A stretch of 64,000 bases of DNA, from NCBI GenBank assembly GCA_013626165.1, contig NDHX01000001.1, positions 100,817 to 164,816 of the forward strand. The letters are read 5' to 3'. Positions 1 through 10,220 of the stretch are shown here, piece after piece. How positions within the stretch are numbered: the first letter of the stretch is position 1; every line of letters begins with the position of its first letter. The notes below the pieces were generated by a model. The model was not told the origin of the DNA. It searched no databases and saw nothing but the letters and a program-made list of their open reading frames with translations. The position numbers and the translations under genes are program-made. This DNA is from Candidatus Velesiimonas alkalicola (lineage in GTDB: Bacteria; Omnitrophota; Gorgyraeia; Velesiimonadales; Velesiimonadaceae).

Positions 1-779
1 CTTGTATATTATGTAATGAAAAACTAAAATTTGATAGACTGTTAAAAAAAGCAAAACAATTAGATTGTGATTATATTGCAACAGGGCACTATGCCAATGT
101 GTCCAAAGATACAGAAACAGGCAGGTTTGTTCTTTCCTGTGGAAAAGACAAAAAAAAGGACCAGTCATATGTGCTTTTCTCATTAACGCAAGGCCAGCTT
201 GCCCATTCAATATTCCCAAATGCAAGTTTTACCAAAAAACAGGTTCGTTCAATTGCAAAAAAATTGGGGCTTCCTATTTATAATAAAAAAGAAAGTATGG
301 AGATTTGTTTTGCCGGAGAAGGAAAGTATCAGGATGTGGTTAAACATTATTATTCTTCTGCTGGAAGGCAGGGGAATATCACAGACACAAAAGGGCAGGT
401 ATTGGGGAAACATATGGGGATTGAAAATTGGACAATAGGACAGAGAAAAGGGCTTGGTATTGCAAAAGAGAAACCTGTGTATGTTGTCCGAATTGAACCG
501 GAACACAATAAGATTGTGGTAGGTCCGAGAGAAATATTATGTAAAAAAGAACTTTTTGCAAAAAACATTAACTGGGTTTCTATTGAAAAGCCTGACAAGG
601 TTATAAAGTGTAAAGCAAAGGTAAGGTCAGCGCACCCTGCCTCATCTTGCACGGTTGAGGTTGTTGACAATAAATTAGCAAAGGTCGTTTTTTCAAGAAA
701 GCAGTTTGCAATTACACCCGGTCAAGCAGTGGTATTTTATAAAAATGGTATTGTTCTTGGAGGGGGTTGGATTGAATAA
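1..779 (+). CDS. mnmA: tRNA-specific 2-thiouridylase MnmA, 5'-truncated by the window edge
   Basis: Open in frame from nt 3. Translation ...LDCDYIATGHYAN..KDQSYVLFSL.. matches the MnmA core motifs (ATGHYA, KDQSYFL). Stop TAA at 777-779. Confidence 0.85.
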   Translation, partial: CILCNEKLKFDRLLKKAKQLDCDYIATGHYANVSKDTETGRFVLSCGKDKKKDQSYVLFSLTQGQLAHSIFPNASFTKKQVRSIAKKLGLPIYNKKESMEICFAGEGKYQDVVKHYYSSAGRQGNITDTKGQVLGKHMGIENWTIGQRKGLGIAKEKPVYVVRIEPEHNKIVVGPREILCKKELFAKNINWVSIEKPDKVIKCKAKVRSAHPASSCTVEVVDNKLAKVVFSRKQFAITPGQAVVFYKNGIVLGGGWIE

Positions 780-798
780 GGTAACGAGCAGGAGCGCA

Positions 799-1602
799 GT
801 GGCAGAAATAAGGAATAAAGAAAAAAAGTTAGAAAATCTGCTAAAAAATATGGGAAGGGTTGTGGTTGCTTTTTCAGGTGGTGTAGATAGCTCATATCTG
901 TTAAGTGTTGCAAGAAAGGTATTGGGGAAGAAAAATGTGTGTGCAATTGTGGCAAGGTCTCCGACATATACGCAATTTGAATTAAAACAGGCAAGAGAAG
1001 TTGCAAAAATGTTAGATGTTAACTTAAAAATAATAGATACATATGAAATGAAAGACCCTAATTTTTATAAAAATCCTGTGAACAGGTGTTATTGGTGTAA
1101 GAGAGAGCTTTTTTCAAAATTAAAACAGATTGCAAAAAAAGAAAACATCAGTTACATTGCAGACGGAAGCAATATTGATGATATAAAAGATTTCAGGCCG
1201 GGAAGTATTGCCGGAAAAGAATTTGTTATAAAGCATCCGCTTCAAGAAGCAGGTTTTGAAAAACGGGAGATCAGGTTTTTTGCAAAAAAAAATAAACTAC
1301 CAAACTGGAATGCTCCTTCAATGGCCTGTCTTGCTTCAAGATTTCCTTATGGAAGAACGATAACAAAAAAAGAACTTAAAAAAGTTGAAAAAGCCGAAGA
1401 ATTTTTGAAAAAAATTGGGTTTAACCAACTCCGTGTAAGAAATTACGGAAATCTTGCAAGAATAGAATTGCACTTGAATCAGGTTCCATTGGTTTTTAAT
1501 GAAAAAATAAGAAAGGGAATAATAAAAAAACTTCATTTGCTCGGGTTTAAACATATTACAGTTGATTTGGAAGGGTATAGAACAGGAAGTATGAATTACT
1601 GA
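799..1602 (+). CDS. LarE-like PP-loop ATP pyrophosphatase / sacrificial sulfur transferase family (TIGR00268-like)
   Basis: SGGVDSS PP-loop preceded by a ~20 aa helix. Cys-containing C-terminal half. GTG start at 799 after AGGAG; an alternative ATG at 850 has no SD. Confidence 0.65.
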   Translation: MAEIRNKEKKLENLLKNMGRVVVAFSGGVDSSYLLSVARKVLGKKNVCAIVARSPTYTQFELKQAREVAKMLDVNLKIIDTYEMKDPNFYKNPVNRCYWCKRELFSKLKQIAKKENISYIADGSNIDDIKDFRPGSIAGKEFVIKHPLQEAGFEKREIRFFAKKNKLPNWNAPSMACLASRFPYGRTITKKELKKVEKAEEFLKKIGFNQLRVRNYGNLARIELHLNQVPLVFNEKIRKGIIKKLHLLGFKHITVDLEGYRTGSMNY

Positions 1603-1827
1603 TTAAACCTTTTCTTCTTAATTTTTTGTCTAACCCTGTTAGATGCAAAAATATAGAGTTTGCCTGAGCCCTCGGGGAGTTTTTTCTTTTATTTTCTTCC
1701 GAGGGCTCATCCTGAAGCCCAAAGGGCTGAAGGATCTCATAAGATCCTTCGTCGCTACACTTCTCAGGATAAGGGTCGGGAAACTTCCCGATTCCTCATA
1801 TTATCCAAGATCTAGAAAGAAGAGAAA

Positions 1828-2418
1828 ATGACTGCAATCAAACTGCCACAGCCGGAGATAAAAAAGGGAAAATCTGTTGAAGAATGTTTTAGAAATAGAC
1901 GCTCCATAAGAGAATATAAAAATACGCCTCTTTCTTTGAAAGAAATATCTCAAATTTTATGGGCAGCAGATGGAAAAAATATTGAAGACTATGGAAGAAC
2001 CTCTCCTTCTGCGGGGGCAACATATCCGATAGAGATTTATATTGCTTGTGGGAATGTTTCCGACATATCTTCCGGTGTCTATCATTACAATATAGGTACA
2101 CATTCTCTTACACTCATAAAACAAGGAGATATTAGAAGCAGTTTAAGTGAATCTGCACTAAATCAGATAATGGTTCTTAAAGCACCTGCGACTATTATAA
2201 TTGCAGGCGTTTTTGAAAAAACCACTTCAAGATATGGTGAAAGAGGAAAAAGATATGTGTTTATGGAGGCAGGACACTGTGGTCAGAATATCCATCTTCA
2301 AGCAGAATCATTAGGACTTGGGACTGTTATGGTTGGTGCTTTTAACGATGCTTCTGTGAGGAAGGTTTTAGCAATTAAAGAAGATGTTTTTTATCTTTGC
2401 CCTGTTGGGGAAAAATAA
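1828..2418 (+). CDS. nitroreductase / SagB-type dehydrogenase family protein
   Basis: FRNRRSIREY N-terminal motif typical of the nitroreductase fold. Length 196 aa. Confidence 0.7.
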   Translation: MTAIKLPQPEIKKGKSVEECFRNRRSIREYKNTPLSLKEISQILWAADGKNIEDYGRTSPSAGATYPIEIYIACGNVSDISSGVYHYNIGTHSLTLIKQGDIRSSLSESALNQIMVLKAPATIIIAGVFEKTTSRYGERGKRYVFMEAGHCGQNIHLQAESLGLGTVMVGAFNDASVRKVLAIKEDVFYLCPVGEK

Positions 2419-2567
2419 AGGCTACCAGCAACCGGTGCCCGGAGATTGGGAAAAATTTAAGTCCATTATCCACCATTTAGTTCACAGTTCATTGTCTATT
2501 ATAATAAGCCCCATTGGATGTAAAGTTATCTGACGGGGTAAAAAAAGGAAAACCAACAAAATCTTTT

Positions 2568-2786
2568 TCAACAGGTGGTGTAATTATTAGTTTTTTTTAT
2601 ATCCTCCTTTTTTCTACGGTACTTCTCTATGGTTTTGCCACTTTTTTTATAATGCTGTAATCTCATTATTTCGACACTATCCTCTAACAATTCTTCTTTT
2701 TCTATTTTTTCTTTAACTGCATTTTTTATAAATCTTCCTATTTTTAATCTTTTTTTCACAGAAGTTTTTAATTTCTTCTGTGACAT
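2568..2786 (-). CDS. hypothetical small lysine-rich protein
   Basis: 72-aa ORF in a 630-bp gap between + strand genes. AT-rich, so it could be spurious. Confidence 0.2.
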   Translation of the reverse strand: MSQKKLKTSVKKRLKIGRFIKNAVKEKIEKEELLEDSVEIMRLQHYKKSGKTIEKYRRKKEDIKKTNNYTTC

Positions 2787-3048
2787 TCTTACTTATTCTT
2801 ATTGGATAATTTCTTATTCCTGTTGTCATATTTCCCCCTTGCTCTATATTCGCAGGTGTGTCACAATTGTATAATTTTGTCAAATTTTTGTATTAAAATT
2901 TATTCCCCTTTTTATGGGGTGCCTATCTTCCTATCTCTCCCATTGGGAAACAGAAAAACCGGTGGCATATGCTGCTCTTTTCTCTTATTCCCAATGTCAC
3001 ATTTAAGAAGATATATTTTCGGGTAAGAATTGGTTATAATAATAGCGG

Positions 3049-4593
3049 ATGGAAAGTAAAGAAATTTCAAAGTCTGCCAGAGGTGTGGGGCTTGCAATAG
3101 CATTAAGCAGGGGCTTAGGCTTGGTCCGAGATATAATTGTTGCAGCAGTATTCGGAAGAAGTATTTCTGCACAGGCGTTTGTTGTTGCTTTCAGGATACC
3201 AAATCTTCTCAGGGACCTTGTTGCAGAAGGTGCGGCAAATGCAAGTTTTGTTCCTGTTCTTTGCGAAGAAGAAAAAAAGTCAGAACAGAATTTTAAAGAC
3301 ACTGCATTTGCATTGGGAAACATTCTGTTTGTTGCCCTTATTATCTTAACAATATTGGGGATGATATTTTCACCCTTACTTGTAGGGCTGTGTGCGCCGG
3401 GGTTTTTACTTGAACCCCAAAAATATAGCCTGACTGTTAAACTTACCCTCATTCTTTTCCCGTATATCCTTCTTGTCGGTGTTTACGCATTTTTTATGTC
3501 TGTCCTAAATGTGAAACATCTTTTTCTTACAAGCGCATTAGGACCGTGTTTGATGAATATCGGTATGATTGCGGGTGCATTGTCTTCATATTTTTTATTA
3601 CAGGGTTCTATATTCGGTCTTGCAGCAGGTGTGCTTGTGGGGGGGGTTTTTCAGATTCTTATACAAATTCCACAAATAAAAAAAAGTATTTTTTCGTGGA
3701 AGTTTTTCTTTGCTCCCAGTATGCCATCTGTTAAAAAAGCATTTAGACTTCTTTTGCCAAGGATATTTGGAAGTGCTGTATATCTTGCAAATACATTTGT
3801 AGATACTATATTTGCATCCCTGACATTTCTTGTTGGTCAGGCAGGTGTTATTGCAATATATTACAGTGGCCGCCTTTTTCAACTCCCGCTTGCAATTTTT
3901 GGAGTGTCCATTTCAAGTGTCAGTCTGCCGATTCTTTCTGCCTCTGCTATTGATAGTGATAAAGAGAAATTTGTTCAAGTCATTTCACATTCGTTAAGGG
4001 TTATAATCTCTGTCCTTCTTCCCTCGTCTGCTTTTTTTATAGCACTGGGGTATCCTGTAATAAAGGTTTTTTTTCAAAGAGGGGCATTTGATACATATGC
4101 TGTGAATATTACAAATGATGCTCTTATATTCTATTCAATAGGACTTTTTTCATATGGGTGCGTAAAGGTTTTGGTAAACGGGTTTTATGCGATGCAGGAT
4201 ACAAAAACGCCTGTCCAGATTTCTTTTATCTGCCTTATTTTAAATATAATATTAAACATAATCCTTGTTAGATTTTTGAGGATTTCTGGTATTGCACTTG
4301 CAACATCTATTTCAAGTTTTGTCAATTTTTCTTTGCTTGGAATAATATTAAGAAAAAAAATTGGAAGAATTGATGGAAAAAGGATATCTATTACATTTGC
4401 AAAAAGTCTTGTCCTTTCGGTGATTTTTGGTTTTTCTATATTTTTTTTATACATATTTTTCAAAAGTATTTTTGGCGATATAACCGGTCTTTTATTTTCT
4501 GTGCTTACAGGGATTATTTTGTTTCTCTCTTTAGGATGGTTATTAAAAATTAACGAGATATGGGAAGTTGTGCCGATATTGAAAAAAAGATAG
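3049..4593 (+). CDS. murJ: lipid II flippase MurJ (MviN)
   Basis: N-terminus ..LSRGLGLVRDIIVAAVFG..AFVVAFRIPNLLRDL.. and a 514-aa polytopic architecture typical of MurJ. Confidence 0.9.
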   Translation: MESKEISKSARGVGLAIALSRGLGLVRDIIVAAVFGRSISAQAFVVAFRIPNLLRDLVAEGAANASFVPVLCEEEKKSEQNFKDTAFALGNILFVALIILTILGMIFSPLLVGLCAPGFLLEPQKYSLTVKLTLILFPYILLVGVYAFFMSVLNVKHLFLTSALGPCLMNIGMIAGALSSYFLLQGSIFGLAAGVLVGGVFQILIQIPQIKKSIFSWKFFFAPSMPSVKKAFRLLLPRIFGSAVYLANTFVDTIFASLTFLVGQAGVIAIYYSGRLFQLPLAIFGVSISSVSLPILSASAIDSDKEKFVQVISHSLRVIISVLLPSSAFFIALGYPVIKVFFQRGAFDTYAVNITNDALIFYSIGLFSYGCVKVLVNGFYAMQDTKTPVQISFICLILNIILNIILVRFLRISGIALATSISSFVNFSLLGIILRKKIGRIDGKRISITFAKSLVLSVIFGFSIFFLYIFFKSIFGDITGLLFSVLTGIILFLSLGWLLKINEIWEVVPILKKR

Positions 4594-5999
4594 AACAGAT
4601 CTCTCATCAGCCGGGTGTATATATTTTCAGGGACCACAAAGGAGATGTTCTTTATATAGGTAAGGCTGCTGACTTAAAAGACAGGGTAAGGTCTTACCTG
4701 AGACAGCCATTGTTGCTTAAAATCTCTATTATGATGCAGAAAGTAAAGGGTGTCCATATCCTTACAACATCTGATGAAAAAGAAGCCCTGCTATTGGAAA
4801 ATGCACTGATAAAACAATATAAGCCACCTTATAATATGAAGTTAAGAGATGATAAAGATTATCCTCTGATATGTATAAGTGAAGAAAAGTTCCCAAGAGT
4901 AGCAATCGGCAGAAGAAAAAGATTTTTAAAGTTAAAAGCGGAATGTTTTGGTCCTTATCCCGATGCCACTGCTTTAAGAAAAGCACTATCTACGGTAAGA
5001 AGAATAATACCGTACAGAACCTGTATAAATCTCCCCAAAAGGCACTGTATATATTATCCCTTAAAATTATGTCCTGCTCCCTGTGAAGGCAGGATTTTAA
5101 GACAGGATTATGCAAGTCTTATAAAACAGTTAAAGCTGTTTTTACAGGGCAAAAGACAGAAGGTTATAAGAAATATTCATACCCGGATGCAAAAGTTAAG
5201 TGATGAACAAAAATATGAACAGGCAAAGATTGTAAGAGACAAAATATATTTGCTTGAAAAAACTGTCCAGAGGCTAAAACAATCTTATGATGTAAGCGTC
5301 CCTTCAATACTTGGTGAATTGTTTGAAACAAAAAAAGATATAAATATTATAGAAGGGATAGATGTTTCAAATATATCCGGGGTGCATCCTGTGGGAAGTG
5401 TTGTAAGGTTTGTAAGATGCAGACCCTTTAAATCCGAATACAGAAGGTATAGAATATTATCATCAGAAAGAAGCGATGCAGGGATGCTTTCTGAGGTTGT
5501 TCATAGAAGGTACGGAAAATTATTAGAAGAAAAAAAACAGATGCCAGACCTTATTCTTGTTGATGGTGGAATTGCACAGGCAAATGCCGCAAAAAGGATT
5601 TTAAACGGATTGAGGATTTTATCTGTCTGTGTTGCAGGGCTTGCAAAAAAGCAGGAATGGTTATTTGTTCCGGGTAAAAAAGAGCCGATAGTTTTATCCA
5701 GAGATTCCGCTTCCCTGCAGGCTTTACAAATGGTAAGGGATGAAGCACACAGGTTTGCTATGAGTTATCATAAAAAAATAAGAAGCAGGTCTGCTATTCA
5801 TTCAATTCTTGATGATATTTCCGGTATAGGTCCTGTACGAAAAAGTAGGATAATATCAGAGTTTGGCTCTGTTGAAGGAATTATATGTGCAGGCTATGAA
5901 AAGGTTGCAAAAACCGCAGGTTGTAGTATAGAAACTGCAAAGAAGTGGATTGAACGGATGGTTAAATTTAGTCCACAGTTCGCAGTCCATAGTCGATAG
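4560..5999 (+). CDS. uvrC: excinuclease ABC subunit C (compact form)
   Basis: GIY-YIG N-terminus (PGVYIFRD..VLYIGKA), a UVR domain, an RNaseH-like domain and a C-terminal HhH (ISGIGPVRK). Overlaps the murJ 3' end. Confidence 0.85.
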   Translation: MGSCADIEKKIEQISHQPGVYIFRDHKGDVLYIGKAADLKDRVRSYLRQPLLLKISIMMQKVKGVHILTTSDEKEALLLENALIKQYKPPYNMKLRDDKDYPLICISEEKFPRVAIGRRKRFLKLKAECFGPYPDATALRKALSTVRRIIPYRTCINLPKRHCIYYPLKLCPAPCEGRILRQDYASLIKQLKLFLQGKRQKVIRNIHTRMQKLSDEQKYEQAKIVRDKIYLLEKTVQRLKQSYDVSVPSILGELFETKKDINIIEGIDVSNISGVHPVGSVVRFVRCRPFKSEYRRYRILSSERSDAGMLSEVVHRRYGKLLEEKKQMPDLILVDGGIAQANAAKRILNGLRILSVCVAGLAKKQEWLFVPGKKEPIVLSRDSASLQALQMVRDEAHRFAMSYHKKIRSRSAIHSILDDISGIGPVRKSRIISEFGSVEGIICAGYEKVAKTAGCSIETAKKWIERMVKFSPQFAVHSR

Positions 6000-6026
6000 T
6001 CTATTAAAAACGGAAGGAGTGTGAAA

Positions 6027-8606
6027 ATGGCTATAACAGGTTCTATTGTTTTATCCATCCTTGAGAGCGGATTTTCAAAATTTTCACAGCACCAGACTGT
6101 TGTAAGACAGTTGTCAAATGGCATGGATGTTATAGTGTGTTCAATGGGTGAAAACAATTCGGCATCTGTTCAGGTATGGGTTGCAGCAGGAAGCTCAACC
6201 GAATACCAATGGTCGGGGGCCGGTATATCACACCTTCTTGAACATATGATATTTAAGGGTTCATCAAAAATAACAGGAAAACAGATCGGAGACAGGGTTA
6301 AGGCTATCGGGGGTAAAATCAATGCATATACCTCACATGAAAGAACAGTATTTTTTATTGACTGTCCTAAAGAATATGTTAAAGATGCAATAGAGATTTT
6401 ACATATGATACTTTCGGAGCCTTTGTTTGACCGGCAGGAACTTGAAAAGGAAAAAAATGTAATATTAAGAGAAATGGATATGAGACAGGATTCTCCTGAT
6501 AGGGAAATATCTGAGACACTGTGGGAGACTGCATTCAGGGTTCATCCGTATAAGATTCCAGTGATAGGATATCCTGAACTTTTTAAGAAACTTACAAGAG
6601 AAGACCTTGTAAAATATTATAAGAATTTCTATGGCTCAGAACACTGTGTTCTTGTTGTTGCAGGTGGTATCCAGATTGAAGATGTATTAAAAAAAGCAGA
6701 AATATTTTTCAGTTTTCAAAGGTCCGGTCCTGTTAAAAATCCGGTTGCTCTGGAGCCTCCTCAACTTTCACAAAAAAAGATTCGCAAGACTATGCCTGTG
6801 GATATTGCAAGGTTCATCACTGCATTCCATGGTCCAAGTTTTTATTCACCAGACCTTTATCCGATGGATATGCTTTCTGTTATACTCGGGCAGGGTAGAC
6901 CTTCAAGACTCTATCAAAGACTTATTCAAAAAGAAAATCTTGTATATTCAGTGGACAGCTGGTCTTATACACCGAAAGACCCCGGACTTTTTGGTATATA
7001 TTGCACACTTGATGCAAAAAATTTCGAAAAGGTTGAAAGAATTATTTTTGAAGAAATAGAAAAAATAAAAGAACAGGGTGTAAAAGACGAAGAGATACAA
7101 AGAGCAAAAACAAAAATAGAAAGCGAATATCTTTTTTCAATCCAGACCGCACATGGAACCGCAGCAGATGTAGGTTCTAACTTTGTATTTACAGCAGACC
7201 CGGATTTTTCGGTTTTATATCTAAAAAACATAAAAAAGGTTGATGCTGTATCAATAAGAGAAGCCGTAAAAAAATACCTAACAAATGAAAGATCTGTTAT
7301 TGCAGAACTCTGCTCAGAAGAAAAGAAGACAGTAGAACAGGGTAAGACTGAAAAAGAGTTTTTATCTGTGGAAGAAATAAAACTTCACAATGGGATAAGA
7401 CTTGTTATCCGTCCGAATCCATATGCAAACCTAGTAAGCATAAAGGCTCTTTTCCTTGGTGGGTTAAGAACAGATGAACAGCCCGGCAGTTCCATCGTCC
7501 TTTCTTCAATGCTGGAGTCCGGAACAAGTAAATACAATGCACAGGAACTTGCACTTGAGATAGAAAAAATTGGGGGGCAGAGTTCTGTACATACAGGTTA
7601 CAACTCAATAGGTTGGACAATAGAGGTTCCGCCTGACAATACAGGGAAGGCAATGGACATAATGAAGTCTGTACTTGAAGACTCAGTTTTTCCTGAGGAT
7701 GAGTTCAGTTTAAAAAAATCTCAGGCAATTGCAATAGCAAAACAGGGTTATGAACAGCCCATACATATTGCTCTGAATAGATTGAGAAAAGAACTGTTTG
7801 GAAAACATCCCTACTCAAATCCTCCGGATGGGAATCCAGGTGATTTACAGGATATAAAAATAGAAACGGTTATAAAGCAGGCAGAAGACATAATAAATCC
7901 TCAAAATATGGTTTTATCAATATTCGGGAATTTTTCTAAAAAAGAAACAGAAGACAAAATAAAAGCATCTTTTGGTTCAATCAAACCTGGGAAAGAATTT
8001 AAAATTCAACAGATTCCTTTAGATTTTCCAGAAGCGCCGAAGACCATTGAAGAAGAATTTGATGGAGAAGGGGCCTGTATTGTAATAGGTTTTCCCGGCA
8101 CAACAATGTATTCAGATGACAGATATATATTAGATGTGCTTGCCAATGCAATGAATGACCAGGGTGGAAGTCTTTATCATAGGTTGAGAGATGAAAAGGC
8201 ACTTGCGTATAGTCTTGGCTCTGCAAATATATCCGGGATTGAACAGGGTGCATTCATATTCCATATACTTACATCTAAGGAGAATGTTAAAGAGGCACAT
8301 ACTGAGATACAGAGGTTTATCAATTCTTTAGCAGAACAAATAGAAGAAAAATCAATTGAACTTGCAAAGGCAGAAGCCATAGGCGCACAGGTTCTTCAAA
8401 CACAGACAGAAGGTGGGCTGGGATTTGCAGTGGGTCTGGATGTCTTGTATGGGATGGGGGCAGATAATCAGGAAAAAAGTCTTGAAAAAATAAAAAGAAT
8501 AAAAATAAAAGATGTAAAAGATGTAATACAAGAATATTTTAATCAGGACAGAAAGGTTACAGTTATACTAGGACCAAAGGATACCCAGAACATAGGTGAC
8601 AGGTGA
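6027..8606 (+). CDS. M16-family zinc metallopeptidase, two fused pitrilysin-like modules
   Basis: Inverted zinc motif HLLEHMIFKG...E. ~855 aa, consistent with two modules. ATG at 6027 is 7 nt after AGGAG. The stop TGA is supplied by the GGTGACA repeat. Confidence 0.8.
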   Translation: MAITGSIVLSILESGFSKFSQHQTVVRQLSNGMDVIVCSMGENNSASVQVWVAAGSSTEYQWSGAGISHLLEHMIFKGSSKITGKQIGDRVKAIGGKINAYTSHERTVFFIDCPKEYVKDAIEILHMILSEPLFDRQELEKEKNVILREMDMRQDSPDREISETLWETAFRVHPYKIPVIGYPELFKKLTREDLVKYYKNFYGSEHCVLVVAGGIQIEDVLKKAEIFFSFQRSGPVKNPVALEPPQLSQKKIRKTMPVDIARFITAFHGPSFYSPDLYPMDMLSVILGQGRPSRLYQRLIQKENLVYSVDSWSYTPKDPGLFGIYCTLDAKNFEKVERIIFEEIEKIKEQGVKDEEIQRAKTKIESEYLFSIQTAHGTAADVGSNFVFTADPDFSVLYLKNIKKVDAVSIREAVKKYLTNERSVIAELCSEEKKTVEQGKTEKEFLSVEEIKLHNGIRLVIRPNPYANLVSIKALFLGGLRTDEQPGSSIVLSSMLESGTSKYNAQELALEIEKIGGQSSVHTGYNSIGWTIEVPPDNTGKAMDIMKSVLEDSVFPEDEFSLKKSQAIAIAKQGYEQPIHIALNRLRKELFGKHPYSNPPDGNPGDLQDIKIETVIKQAEDIINPQNMVLSIFGNFSKKETEDKIKASFGSIKPGKEFKIQQIPLDFPEAPKTIEEEFDGEGACIVIGFPGTTMYSDDRYILDVLANAMNDQGGSLYHRLRDEKALAYSLGSANISGIEQGAFIFHILTSKENVKEAHTEIQRFINSLAEQIEEKSIELAKAEAIGAQVLQTQTEGGLGFAVGLDVLYGMGADNQEKSLEKIKRIKIKDVKDVIQEYFNQDRKVTVILGPKDTQNIGDR

Positions 8607-8634
8607 CAGGTGACAGGTGGCTGATGGCTGATGA
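8595..8634 (+). repeat. tandem repeat (GGTGACA)x3 followed by (GGCTGAT)x2, overlapping the stop of the peptidase gene
   Basis: Direct reading: ggtgacaggtgacaggtgacaggtggctgatggctgatga. Confidence 0.8.
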
Positions 8635-8635
8635 T

Positions 8636-8733
8636 AAATGCCAAATGTCAAAATCCAAATGACAAAAAGTATGACCTGTTGATATCTATTTGACATTTAA
8701 CATTTGTTATTTATTTGTCATTTGTATCTTATT
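8636..8733 (+). promoter_or_regulatory. dyad-symmetric cluster of AAATGTCA / TGACATTT half-sites upstream of xerD (possible operator or protein-binding array)
   Basis: ccaaatgtcaaaat / ccaaatgacaaaaa direct repeats. These are mirrored by atttgacattt / atttgtcatttg around a centre near 8675. Confidence 0.3.
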
Positions 8734-8842
8734 TTTTGAGAACTGGTGTTTGTAATTTTAAGACTTGCGCTGTTTTTCCATCACCGGTCATCTGTTGCCG
8801 GTTGTATAAAATTATCCAGTGTCACAGGGGGTGGATCTAAAG

Positions 8843-9790
8843 ATGGATGCCTGTAATTGCCAGTTATCCAAAGAACAGGAGCAGATGTATGAACAGGTCG
8901 GTATTTTTTTAAATTATATGGAGATAGAAAAAGGGCTTTCAAAAAATACGGTTTATTCATATTTTTTAGACCTTAAAAAATATATTGAATTTCTAAATAA
9001 GCAAAATTTACATTCTTTTAAGTCTGTTAAAAGGGAAAATATTGTAGATTTTTTAATGGAATTAAAACAAAAGAAGAATGCTGCCCCCACTACCATATCA
9101 AGAAGGCTTGTTGCAATAAAGATGCTTCACAGGTTTCTTGCAAGAGAAAAAATTATTGAAAACGATATAACAAGTGTGCTTGAACACCCAAAGCTTTGGA
9201 AAAAACTTCCCGATGTGCTGAAGGTAGAAGAAATAGAAAAAATATTAAACATTTTAAAGACTGATAAGCCCATTGGTATAAGAAACAGGGCAATACTTGA
9301 GGTTATGTATGCCTCGGGATTAAGAGTTTCAGAGGTTTCATACTTAAAATTGGAAGATGTGAATTTAAGTGTTGGCTTTATAAAATGTATTGGAAAAGGA
9401 AGAAAAGAAAGGATTGTTCCTATCGGCAGGATTGCATCCGAATGGATTAAAAAATACATAGAAGAAGCAAGAAACAAGCTAAATCCTGAAAATGAAGAAT
9501 CTTACCTCTTCCTGTCATATCAGGGGAAAAGACTTTCAAGAATAAGCATATGGCAGATGGTCAAAGATACGGCAAAACAGGCTGGGCTTTTTAAAAAAGT
9601 AAAACCCCATACATTCAGACACTCATTTGCAACACATCTTCTTGAAAGGGGGGCAGATTTAAGAATTGTTCAAGAACTTCTGGGACATTCAAGCATATCA
9701 ACAACACAGATTTATACACATGTAGAAAAAGACAGGTTAAAAGAGGTCCACAGGAAGTTTCATCCCCGGGAAAATCCCTCTCCCTGCTAA
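8843..9790 (+). CDS. xerD: tyrosine site-specific recombinase XerC/XerD family
   Basis: Core-binding N-domain (FLNYMEIEKGLSKNT), the catalytic R..HTFRHSFATHLLERGADLRIVQELLGHSSISTTQIYTHV and the Y nucleophile. Confidence 0.8.
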   Translation: MDACNCQLSKEQEQMYEQVGIFLNYMEIEKGLSKNTVYSYFLDLKKYIEFLNKQNLHSFKSVKRENIVDFLMELKQKKNAAPTTISRRLVAIKMLHRFLAREKIIENDITSVLEHPKLWKKLPDVLKVEEIEKILNILKTDKPIGIRNRAILEVMYASGLRVSEVSYLKLEDVNLSVGFIKCIGKGRKERIVPIGRIASEWIKKYIEEARNKLNPENEESYLFLSYQGKRLSRISIWQMVKDTAKQAGLFKKVKPHTFRHSFATHLLERGADLRIVQELLGHSSISTTQIYTHVEKDRLKEVHRKFHPRENPSPC

Positions 9791-9996
9791 CTTTCTGATC
9801 AAACCATTGAAGGCGGTTTACGATTGCGCCGATGCGTTACCCTTGCGGGGAGGCAAAAATTTATATAATTTGATTCCAGATTAGAGACTGTGTTAAATGT
9901 AAAAAATTTATGGACGAAGGGTTATAATGCTATACGGGCCTTTGCCCAAATTTTGCTTTACTTCATTTTGTAAAATTTGTTTTGTCCTTGTTCTAA

Positions 9997-10139
9997 TGAC
10001 CTTTGCATAAATAATGGTAAATATAAATAGGGTCAACTCTATTTTCTCTAAAAAACCAATGTAGTATTATTAAAAAAAGAAAATAGAGTTGACCCTATTT
10101 ATCCCTGAAGATATTTTTCCATTATTTATGCAAAGGTCA
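9997..10139. repeat. large imperfect inverted repeat (about 50-bp arms, ~30-bp AT-rich loop) between convergent xerD and ndk
   Basis: tgacctttgcataaataatgg...aaatagggtcaactctattttct on the left arm is mirrored by agaaaatagagttgaccctattt...ccattatttatgcaaaggtca. Confidence 0.6.
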
Positions 10140-10220
10140 ATAATGAAAAAAGTATAGCAGATATACTGGTAAAAGGAGAGGTTAAGGATATTGTTGAAAT
10201 CTTTATATTTTGCATTTGTT

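Noticed and set aside
1643-1831. 62-aa ORF between the larE-like gene and the nitroreductase gene
   Set aside because: It overlaps a strong hairpin, has no SD, and its composition is typical of intergenic DNA.
3003-3452. 149-aa minus-strand ORF at the murJ 5' end (also 4185-4637 at its 3' end)
   Set aside because: Antisense to murJ. Hydrophobic codon-mirror artefact.
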